Assembly: GCA_045540175.1 (NCBI GenBank)
Contig: JAZQGU010000033.1
Location: 18,539 to 82,538 of the forward strand
Length of the DNA: 64,000 nucleotides
Direction: 5' to 3'
Source of the DNA: Eubacteriales bacterium
GTDB taxonomy: Bacteria > Bacillota > Clostridia > Oscillospirales > CAG-272
Shown here: positions 57,424-64,000 of the stretch, one piece after another
Position numbering within the stretch: position 1 is the first letter of the stretch
How the letters are laid out: each line of letters starts with the position of its first letter
Notes under the pieces: generated by a model
Databases searched by the model: none
Seen by the model: only the letters and a program-made list of their open reading frames with translations
Told to the model about the DNA's origin: nothing
Made by a program: the position numbers and the translations under genes

Positions 57424-57425
57424 TT

Positions 57426-58055
57426 ATGAATGCTGAATTTAAGATAAATAGAAAAGTAATTGAGACTGATCGACTCATTTTGCGTGCCTTTCAGCAGTCC
57501 GACCTCGACGACTTTTTCGAATACGCGTCGGTCGAGGGCGTCGGAGAGATGGCGGGTTGGCGTCATCACGAAAGCAAGGATAAGAGCCAAGAGATCCTTA
57601 ACCGCTTTATTGAGGAAAACAAAACCTTTGCCATTTGCTTAAAGGGAAACGGCAAGGTCATCGGCTCGCTCGGCATTGAAAAATACGGAATGGAAGAAGC
57701 GCTGACCGAGTTTGACGGTTATCGCGGACGGGAGATCGGTTACGTGCTTGCCAAGGATCACTGGGGTAAAGGCATAATGACTGAAGCCGTCAGCGCGGTC
57801 ATTGACTATCTCTTCAACGAACTCGACCTCGATTTTCTTACCTGCGGATATTACGATTTCAACAATCAGTCAAAGCGAGTTCAGGAAAAATGCGGCTTCA
57901 AGCCGTACAGAAAGCTCGTTATGGAAACTCGTCTCGGTACACAAGAGCCGGGCGTACTGAATTTGCTTGTGAATCCAAGAAAGAGAATCACTTTCAAATT
58001 CTCGCACCCCGAGACTTTGATATATGAAGATATAACGGATTTGCGGGAAGGTTAA
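57426..58055 (+). CDS. GNAT family N-acetyltransferase (RimJ/RimL-like)
   Basis: 209 aa. TDRLILRAF..., and the acetyl-CoA block GYVLAKDHWGKGIMTEA. Confidence 0.85.
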   Translation: MNAEFKINRKVIETDRLILRAFQQSDLDDFFEYASVEGVGEMAGWRHHESKDKSQEILNRFIEENKTFAICLKGNGKVIGSLGIEKYGMEEALTEFDGYRGREIGYVLAKDHWGKGIMTEAVSAVIDYLFNELDLDFLTCGYYDFNNQSKRVQEKCGFKPYRKLVMETRLGTQEPGVLNLLVNPRKRITFKFSHPETLIYEDITDLREG

Positions 58056-58078
58056 ACAGCGTTCAATCTATTTCCATA

Positions 58079-58120
58079 GGGAGGGGGTTCCCCTCCCGCA
58101 CCAAAACGATGTTACATTCC
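58079..58120. repeat. GC-rich mosaic repeat fragment, locus 7
   Basis: GGGAGGGGGttcCCCTCCC, then GCACCAAAACGATGTTACATTCC. Confidence 0.7.
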
Positions 58121-58138
58121 TTATTCAACCAACAAACG

Positions 58139-58166
58139 AAAAAACCGCCGATAATCGGCGGTTTTT
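58139..58166. terminator. Bidirectional terminator (GNAT / rbfA)
   Basis: AAAAAA-CCGCCGAT-a-ATCGGCGG-TTTTT. Confidence 0.85.
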
Positions 58167-58167
58167 G

Positions 58168-58575
58168 TTATTCTTCTGTATTTTCTTCTGAGTTTTCCTC
58201 TTCAAGTGCCGCTTTGCGGTCGGCTTCGCGGAGCTCCTCCTCGACCTGCTTCATGAGCTCGCTGATATGCGCGCCGTGCTTCATCGATTCATCGGAAATG
58301 AAGCGAAGCTCGGGAGTTATGCGGAGATTCAGCATCTTCGCTATCTGGGTTCTGATATAACCGGTTGCATTTTCAAGCCCCTTCAGCGCGTCTCCCTTAC
58401 GGCGCTCGCCCATTACGGAGAAATAGACCTTTGCATTTTTGAGGTCAGGCGTGCAATCAACAGCCGTAATGCTCACAAAAGCGCCCGAAACGCGGGGATC
58501 CTTTACCGTTCTTATTATTTCACAAAGCGCCTTCATAAGCTCTTCGTTTACTCTTCCAACTCTGTAATTAGCCAT
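58168..58575 (-). CDS. rbfA: Ribosome-binding factor A
   Basis: 135 aa. RVGRVNEELMKALCEII...VSITAVDCTPDLKNAKVYFS. Acidic C-terminal extension. Confidence 0.9.
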   Translation of the reverse strand: MANYRVGRVNEELMKALCEIIRTVKDPRVSGAFVSITAVDCTPDLKNAKVYFSVMGERRKGDALKGLENATGYIRTQIAKMLNLRITPELRFISDESMKHGAHISELMKQVEEELREADRKAALEEENSEENTEE

Positions 58576-58641
58576 TTTTCCACCTTAACAGTCGATTTTT
58601 GATAATTATAACACATAATAACCGAAAAATAAAGGGGTAAA

Positions 58642-59421
58642 TCAAATTTTCGTGCGTTCATAACGCATAACTCCTCCGAACTGCGAGACGTCAATATAAA
58701 AACAGTCGAAAATAAAGCGGAAAACACCGTTTTCGGCACTTTCCGATATAACTTTCCCGCCTCCGCAATGCAGATCGGCAAATTTTTCGGCGTCCTTTTT
58801 GGCTTCGTCTGCCGTAACTGCTTCATTTCCGCTTCGCCGGCAGAGATACCGCACAAAAATTCCGCCCTCAAACTCGGCATACGAGCTTGCGGTACGGTAA
58901 CCGATCACGCTCCCTCTCGTATATGAGCGGAGCTCCGACACTCCGAGGATCTTTTTCGCCTCGGAATAATACGGATTTTCCACAGGCTGTGATAAAGTCG
59001 GGATCTCGCCCTCGTAAAGCGGAAATGAGGTAATATCTCCGCCCTTTATCGCGCTTCGGTTTTCGATCAGCGCCTTCATAAGCTCCCCGGCGTAAAGAAG
59101 CGATCGGCGTTTAGCGTCGCTGTTTTTCTCCGACGACGAAACGTCGGAGCAAAACGATATCACCGCTTCCCGTTCCTCGTCGCCGAGCGGAAGCTCGTTC
59201 AAGCGCGACGACAAAAAAGGCGCGAGATGCGGATCCTCCGTCTCTATATATTCCCCCAAAAGCTGTATCGAGCTTTCAATGGCGCGATTTAATATTCTCG
59301 CTCGGTATTTTTCATATTTTTCCTCCGAGATCATGCACTTAAAGGCAAAAAATACCGAAGTCAGAATCAGAATTGCGATCACAAGAAGATATCCCAAGTC
59401 TCTTTTTCCGAAAAAATTCAT
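58642..59421 (-). CDS. Hypothetical membrane-anchored protein
   Basis: 259 aa from ATG 59421 (AGAGGG 8 nt upstream; alternative starts at 59442 and 59508). One N-terminal TM. No motif I can name. Confidence 0.5.
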   Translation of the reverse strand: MNFFGKRDLGYLLVIAILILTSVFFAFKCMISEEKYEKYRARILNRAIESSIQLLGEYIETEDPHLAPFLSSRLNELPLGDEEREAVISFCSDVSSSEKNSDAKRRSLLYAGELMKALIENRSAIKGGDITSFPLYEGEIPTLSQPVENPYYSEAKKILGVSELRSYTRGSVIGYRTASSYAEFEGGIFVRYLCRRSGNEAVTADEAKKDAEKFADLHCGGGKVISESAENGVFRFIFDCFYIDVSQFGGVMRYERTKI

Positions 59422-59535
59422 AATTATGCCCTCTATCTCCATTCTTTTGCTCTTTACAAGTATAAAAAAGTTTGCTATAATATTATGGGAATATGTTTCC
59501 CAAAACAAAGATTTTTAACCGCAAGGAGATCAATT

Positions 59536-59862
59536 ATGAAGCTCATTTTAGCGATTGTAAATAACGACGACGCTCATTCCGTAAGCACCTCTCTCAGCCA
59601 CGAGGGCTTTTCCGTTACTAAAATTTCTTCGACGGGCGGATTTCTTATGAGCGGAAACTCGACGTTCCTCATCGGCGTCGAGGACAAGGACACCGAGCGC
59701 GCAACCAAGATCATTGCCGAAAACTGCGAAAAGCGTGAGCAGTTCGTTCCGAGCAGCATCGCAAAGGGAGGAATCTCCTCAATGCCCCGCGAGACCACGA
59801 AGGTAACCGTCGGCGGTGCGACCGTCTTCGTTCTCAACGTCGAGGAATGCAAGCATCTGTAA
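59536..59862 (+). CDS. darA: Cyclic-di-AMP receptor, PII-like (DarA/YaaQ)
   Basis: 108 aa with AAGGAG RBS. MKLILAIVNNDD...VTKISSTGGFLMSGNSTFLIGVED...VGGATVFVL closely parallels B. subtilis YaaQ. Confidence 0.85.
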   Translation: MKLILAIVNNDDAHSVSTSLSHEGFSVTKISSTGGFLMSGNSTFLIGVEDKDTERATKIIAENCEKREQFVPSSIAKGGISSMPRETTKVTVGGATVFVLNVEECKHL

Positions 59863-60872
59863 TGACGCCCGATATTCTTTTCGGTAACGAAAGCCTCAAA
59901 GCCGCTCTTCGCGGTTTCGCTTCAAAAAATGCTTTCCCGAACGCTTTTATGATAAGCGGCCCCGAGGGAAGCGGAAAATCCACCGCCGCGCTCCTTTTTG
60001 CGATGGCGATTGCCTGCAAGGGCGGAAGCCGTCCCTGCGGAAGCTGTCCTTCCTGCCGTAAGATCTCGGAGGGGATCTCTCCCGACGTCATAACGGTCGG
60101 CGTTACAAAGGACAGAAAGACCATCGGAGTCGAAAGCGTAAGAGAAATAACAAGCGGTGCCTACATTCTGCCAAACGATCTTGACGTAAAGATATATATC
60201 ATCAAGGACGCCGAAAAGCTGACCGTGCAGGCGCAGAATGCGCTTCTAAAGATCTTTGAGGAGGGACCCGAAAGAGTGTATTTCATACTCCTCACCTCTG
60301 CGCCCTCACAGCTTCTTCCGACCGTCCGTTCCCGTGCGCCCGAGATAAAGACCGAGGTGTTTTCGGACGGTATGCTTACCGATCTTTTGCTCGATAACAG
60401 CAAAAAGGCGGCGGAGCTTTATAAAAAAGATGAAACAGAGTTTAAAAGGATCGTAAGTGCTTCGGGCGGAAGCTACGGTAAAGCAATTTCGATTCTCGAA
60501 GGAAAAAACAAAAAGGCAATTCAGACGGCAAAAAAAGCCGAAAGTATTGTTTCGCTTCTTTCCGAAAAGGACGGCGCGCATCTTATGCTCGCCCTGCTCG
60601 ACGAGGCGTCAGACAGAGAAAATTACGCGTCAGTCCTCTCTCTTATGCAGAATGCCCTGCGTGACCTCGCTATGGTCAAAAAGGGCGGCAGTTCTCTGCT
60701 GTTTTATCCCGATCGCGGGCTTGCGGAGCAGGTCTCGGAGAATTTTTCTCTTACCTCGCTCGTTCAGCTTTGCTCGGTTCTCGATACTCTTTATTATGAG
60801 GTCACTCAGACGAACATAAACCTCCGTAACGCCGCCGTTGTCGCCGCAGGGAGACTGACGGATTTATTGTAA
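59862..60872 (+). CDS. holB: DNA polymerase III delta' subunit
   Basis: 336 aa from the ATG overlapping the darA stop (TAATG). GPEGSGKST P-loop. CGSCPSCRK Zn module. SRAP sensor motif (TVRSRAP). Confidence 0.85.
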   Translation: MTPDILFGNESLKAALRGFASKNAFPNAFMISGPEGSGKSTAALLFAMAIACKGGSRPCGSCPSCRKISEGISPDVITVGVTKDRKTIGVESVREITSGAYILPNDLDVKIYIIKDAEKLTVQAQNALLKIFEEGPERVYFILLTSAPSQLLPTVRSRAPEIKTEVFSDGMLTDLLLDNSKKAAELYKKDETEFKRIVSASGGSYGKAISILEGKNKKAIQTAKKAESIVSLLSEKDGAHLMLALLDEASDRENYASVLSLMQNALRDLAMVKKGGSSLLFYPDRGLAEQVSENFSLTSLVQLCSVLDTLYYEVTQTNINLRNAAVVAAGRLTDLL

Positions 60873-60924
60873 AGAGAGACGAAAGAAAACATCCGATCAC
60901 ATATCAAATATTCGCCACGCCATT

Positions 60925-61150
60925 GTAGGGTGCGACGTCCTCGGCGCACCGTAGGGGCGAACTGTGTTCGCCCGCACCAAAACGATGTTACATCGTATTC
61001 ATAACGCCATCTGCGACGGCTACACCTCATCCGCTTCACTTCGTTCAGCACCTTCCCCCGCTGGGGAAGGCAAGACGACGTCCCGATTTTTCGGCACGTT
61101 GTTCGTAGGGCGGGGGCTTGCTCCCGCCGTCACAATACGACGTTACATCT
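60925..61150. repeat. GC-rich mosaic repeat, locus 8 (cleanest full unit)
   Basis: GTAGGGTGCGACGTCCTCGGCGCACC; GTAGGGGCGAACtgtgTTCGCCC; ACGATGTTACATCGT; CACCTCATCC; CCTTCCCCcgctGGGGAAGG; CGGCACGTTGTTC; GTAGGGCGGGGGCttGCTCCCGCC. Confidence 0.9.
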
Positions 61151-61282
61151 TCCTTTCACCCGATCTACCGCAAAAACTCCGCCGATTCCCGACGGCGGTT
61201 TATGACACCAAGGGATTTTTGCGTGCCGAGGCTTTACCGGCGAAGCCTCGGAAATACTCAAGCCGGAGAAACGGATAAAAAA

Positions 61283-62449
61283 GTGCCAAACGAAAACAAC
61301 AAGAACAACCAAGGCGGTAAAAGATACCGCGGTTATTACAAAAAACATCATAAGGGAAAGAATAACCGTCCCGAGAAGAAGGAGCCCGAACAGCTCGAAA
61401 AGATCGAAGAGACAATAGCCGAAGAGATCGAGGAGACTGTTGAAGAAGTCTTCGAAGACGTCATTCCCGAGGATGATTTTATCGAGGAGTCTCACTCCGA
61501 GGAGGAGCCCGCTTCGAGCGAGATCAAAAAGGCTCAATATGACGTCGTCGGCGTCCGCTTCAGAGAAGGCGGAAAGATGTACTACTTTGAGCCGAACGGT
61601 ATCGCCTGCGGCGAGGGTGCGCACGTTATTGTCGAGACAGCGAGAGGTCTCGAATACGCGACCGTCGTAATGCCCGAAAGAACCGTCAGCGGAAGCGAGG
61701 TGGTTCTTCCGCTCCGCAAGCTTGTTCGTATAGCTACCGATAACGATGAGCGCCGCCACGAGGAAAACCTCGAAAAGGAGATCGAGGCTTATAATATGTG
61801 CCTCTCAAAGATCGAGGAGCACCGCCTCGATATGAAGCTCGTCGAGGTCGAATACGCCTTCGATAACTCAAAGCTTCTCTTCTACTTCACGTCGGAGGGA
61901 AGAGTCGATTTCCGCGATCTCGTAAAAGATCTGGCGTCTGTCTTCCGTACGAGGATAGAGCTCCGTCAGATCGGTATCCGCGACGAAGCAAAGCTTCTCG
62001 GCGGTCTCGGAATCTGCGGCAGGCCCTTCTGCTGTAACAGCTTCCTGCCCGATTTCGTCCAGGTTTCGATCAAGATGGCGAAGGAACAGAATCTTTCCCT
62101 CAATTCAGCTAAAATTTCGGGCGCCTGCGGACGACTTATGTGCTGTCTGCGCTACGAATACGATACGTACCTTGCCGAAAGCGCCATCACGCCAAAGGTC
62201 GACGCCATTGTCGAAACTCCCGACGGCGAGGGTGTTGTCGTTGAGTCGATGCCTCTTAAGGGAATGGTCAAGGTGGCTCTCGATAAGGACCCCGCTACCT
62301 TCCGCCTCTACCGCCGCGACGATCTGACCGTCAAGGGACATTCAAAAGGAAAGCATAAAACCGTCGGTAAAAACGTCCGTGATGACGCTCAAAAGCAGAA
62401 AAATACCGACGATAATAAGAAAAAGTCAGAAAAAACCGATAAAAAATAA
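61283..62449 (+). CDS. ricT: PSP1 domain protein (RicT/YaaT-like) with Lys/Glu-rich extensions
   Basis: 388 aa if the GTG at 61283 is the start (GGAGA 13 nt upstream). The ORF-track ATG 61118 lies inside the repeat. The PSP1 core is VVGVRFREGGKMYYFEP...VIVETARGLEYATV...CGRPFCCNSFL...CGRLMCCLRYE. Confidence 0.8.
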   Translation: MPNENNKNNQGGKRYRGYYKKHHKGKNNRPEKKEPEQLEKIEETIAEEIEETVEEVFEDVIPEDDFIEESHSEEEPASSEIKKAQYDVVGVRFREGGKMYYFEPNGIACGEGAHVIVETARGLEYATVVMPERTVSGSEVVLPLRKLVRIATDNDERRHEENLEKEIEAYNMCLSKIEEHRLDMKLVEVEYAFDNSKLLFYFTSEGRVDFRDLVKDLASVFRTRIELRQIGIRDEAKLLGGLGICGRPFCCNSFLPDFVQVSIKMAKEQNLSLNSAKISGACGRLMCCLRYEYDTYLAESAITPKVDAIVETPDGEGVVVESMPLKGMVKVALDKDPATFRLYRRDDLTVKGHSKGKHKTVGKNVRDDAQKQKNTDDNKKKSEKTDKK

Positions 62450-62469
62450 TCAGAAAATCAAATTTGAGG

Positions 62470-62498
62470 TTGATTTTATAGAATCATTGTGCTATAAT
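62470..62498 (+). promoter_or_regulatory. Extended -10 promoter for ferredoxin
   Basis: TTGATT-17 nt-(TGc)TATAAT. Confidence 0.6.
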
Positions 62499-62541
62499 GC
62501 ACTTAGAATTTGGAGTATTCCAAGGAAAGGATGGATCTACA

Positions 62542-62712
62542 ATGGCATACAAGATTAATGATGATTGCATCGCATGCGGCGCTTGTGCTGATGAGTGCCC
62601 TGTAAGCTGCATCTCCGAGGGAGAAGACAAGTACGTAATCAATGCAGATGAGTGCATCGAGTGCGGTGCTTGTGCAGGCGCTTGCCCTGTCGGCGCTCCT
62701 GAGCAGGAATAA
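62542..62712 (+). CDS. fdx: 2x[4Fe-4S] clostridial-type ferredoxin
   Basis: 56 aa. MAYKINDDCIACGACADECPV...CIECGACAGACPV gives two CxxCxxCxxxCP motifs. Confidence 0.92.
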   Translation: MAYKINDDCIACGACADECPVSCISEGEDKYVINADECIECGACAGACPVGAPEQE

Positions 62713-62727
62713 TTAAATTTACTTAAC

Positions 62728-62756
62728 AAAAAAGCTCCCGAACGGGAGCTTTTTTG
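62728..62756 (+). terminator. Intrinsic terminator after ferredoxin
   Basis: AAAAAAGCTCCC-gaac-GGGAGCTTTTTT. Confidence 0.9.
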
Positions 62757-62764
62757 TTTTGCCG

Positions 62765-63398
62765 GGGCGAATCTTCGAGACGTTGTTTGTAGGGTGCGAC
62801 GTCCTCGGCACACCGCAAAAAGATGATGTTAATTTACTTTCAAAGCGGGCGACCATTGCTCGCCCCTACAAGATAATTTTGAACGTTCTCGTAGGGGCGA
62901 GCATTGCTCGCCCGTATAAAAACGATGTTGCACCACAACCGAACGGGCGACCGATGGTCGCCCCTACAATTAACTTTTAAACTCTCTCGTAGGGGCGAAC
63001 TGTGTTCGCCCGCGTAAATATGATGTAACATTCCTTTGGTACACCTCATCCGTCGCGGCTCCGCCCCGACACCTTACCCTGAGGGGAAGGCAAGATAACG
63101 TGGCGATGCTTCGGCACGTTATTTGTAGGGACAGGCGTCCTCGACTGTCCGTTTTGAAACGATGTTACTTTGCCTTTAGAACACGGTTGCTTCGCAACCT
63201 ACACCTCATCCACCACCTTCGGTGGTCCCCCTTCCCCCGCTGGGGAAGGCAAGACAACGTGGCGATGCTTCGCGGACGAGTATCTCGCCTGCGGCGAGTA
63301 TTTTTCCGCCGTGCAGACGTCTCGCAAGCGGACGTCGTGCTTTCGGCGAAAATGCGAACTCGTTGCGCTTTCGCGCCGAGCCGATTCGTAGAATCGGC
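62765..63398. repeat. GC-rich mosaic repeat, locus 9 (largest array, six GTAG-headed palindromes in alternating orientation plus further hairpins)
   Basis: GTAG-headed palindromes start at 62789, 62891, 62989 and 63124. CTAC-tailed inverse copies end at 62869 and 62967. Two CCTT(A/C)CCC-loop-GGGGAAGGCAAGA modules and two CACCTCATCC modules are also present. Confidence 0.9.
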
Positions 63399-63438
63399 AA
63401 AATGAAAAGAGGGATGCGTTGCATCCCTCTTTTCATTT
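63399..63438 (-). terminator. Terminator of the tRNA operon
   Basis: AAAATGAAAAGAGGGATGC-gtt-GCATCCCTCTTTTCATTTT, a 19-bp stem directly abutting the tRNA-Glu 3' end. Confidence 0.75.
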
Positions 63439-63513
63439 TGGTGACCCGTACGAGAATCGAACTCGTGTTACCGCCGTGAAAGGGCGGTGTCTTAGCCGCT
63501 TGACCAACGGGCC
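63439..63513 (-). tRNA. tRNA-Glu: tRNA-Glu (anticodon UUC), CCA encoded
   Basis: The reverse complement GGCCCGTTGGTCAAGCGGCTAAGACACCGCCCTTTCACGGCGGTAACACGAGTTCGATTCTCGTACGGGTCACCA folds as a cloverleaf. Anticodon loop CTTTCAC. Confidence 0.9.
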
Positions 63514-63590
63514 TGGTAGCGGAGATTGGACTTGAACCCATGACCTACCGGGTATGAACCGGTTGCTCTAGCCAACTGAGCTACTCCGCC
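63514..63590 (-). tRNA. tRNA-Met: tRNA-Met (anticodon CAU), CCA encoded
   Basis: The reverse complement is GGCGGAGTAGCTCAGTTGGCTAGAGCAACCGGTTCATACCCGGTAGGTCATGGGTTCAAGTCCAATCTCCGCTACCA. Anticodon loop TTCATAC. One mismatch in the T stem. Met versus Ile2 or initiator identity is not resolved. Confidence 0.85.
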
Positions 63591-63625
63591 ACATTTTGTT
63601 TCGCTTCCATCGAAAGCGCTTAAAG

Positions 63626-63654
63626 ATTATATCACGGTTTTTTTTATTTGTCAA
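63626..63654 (-). promoter_or_regulatory. tRNA operon promoter
   Basis: On the minus strand, TTGACA-17 nt-TATAAT (consensus). Confidence 0.7.
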
Positions 63655-63745
63655 CACATTTTTTGAAAAAAAGATTTTTTCGTGCCGTTTATCCATATTA
63701 TGCTACCCAAAACGGCTCTTTTTTTGTTTTTTGCCCCCAAAACCG

Positions 63746-63774
63746 TTGACTTTTTCTCTTTTCCAAACTATAAT
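63746..63774 (+). promoter_or_regulatory. Promoter of the last (partial) gene
   Basis: TTGACT-17 nt-TATAAT. Confidence 0.6.
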
Positions 63775-63814
63775 TTAATCACAAATACTTCCTTTTTCGG
63801 AATGGAGATAAGCT

Positions 63815-64000
63815 ATGAAACTTTCAATGATCAGACAGCGTTGCCTCGGCGACGAATTTGCAATGTTCAAGCAGCTAAAGGCCTCGGGCTTCGACGGAAT
63901 CGACCTTTCGATGGAACCTTTTTTTGACCGCGGATCTGACTTCCTCGGCGGTATCGACAACTGGACCGACGAGGCGATAAAGAACTACTTCACCGACCTT
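63815..64000 (+). CDS. Probable sugar phosphate isomerase/epimerase TIM-barrel protein (3' partial; not in the ORF track)
   Basis: GGAGA RBS. The ATG at 63815 opens a frame with no stop to the window edge: MKLSMIRQRCLGDEFAMFKQLKASGFDGIDLSMEPFFDRG... The 'lk..GfdgiEl' start is typical of this fold. Confidence 0.5.
   Translation, partial: MKLSMIRQRCLGDEFAMFKQLKASGFDGIDLSMEPFFDRGSDFLGGIDNWTDEAIKNYFTDL

Noticed and set aside
63399-63800. Integrated mobile element next to the tRNA genes
   Set aside because: There is no integrase, no duplicated tRNA 3' end (att-like repeat) and no phage or IS genes within the window. The flanks are ordinary promoters and terminators.

Overview
This 64-kb chromosomal window (about 50% GC) comes from a Firmicute, most likely a Clostridia gut anaerobe of the Oscillospiraceae/Ruminococcaceae type. 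That placement is inferred from glgD, the darA-holB-ricT synteny, Cheo-type SOS boxes and a clostridial ferredoxin. I call about 55 protein genes, 2 tRNAs and an FMN riboswitch. The core content is the str operon (rpsL-rpsG-fusA-tuf), efp, glyA, pfkA, dut, rbfA, darA-holB-ricT, a 2x[4Fe-4S] ferredoxin and a complete glycogen operon (glgB-glgC-glgD-glgA-glgP-GH13). Carbohydrate and nucleoside genes include galM, malQ, a GH42 beta-galactosidase, three tandem DUF4091/GH123-like paralogs, a ribokinase-AraC fusion with a nucleoside hydrolase, and an inositol-like TIM-barrel/oxidoreductase cluster. There is also a GldG-type ABC system. No phage, integrase, transposase, CRISPR or recognisable defence genes are present. 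Two things stand out. (1) An orphan operon encodes a 1742-aa secreted protein with five copies of an unassignable ~230-aa module, a Cys-rich region and a propeller-like C-terminus, plus a co-transcribed 54-aa peptide that the ORF track misses. Its codon usage resembles that of translation factors. (2) The intergenic DNA is saturated with hairpin-based repeats of three kinds. One is a GC-rich family of GTAG-headed palindromes (REP/BIME-like) at 11 or more sites. The second is an AT-rich nested-hairpin mosaic element in three copies whose inner stems differ completely between copies yet all pair. The third is a 302-nt array of 11 different hairpins joined by TGAAAT/ATTTCA heptamers. All family names are from recall of motifs and were not checked by any search.
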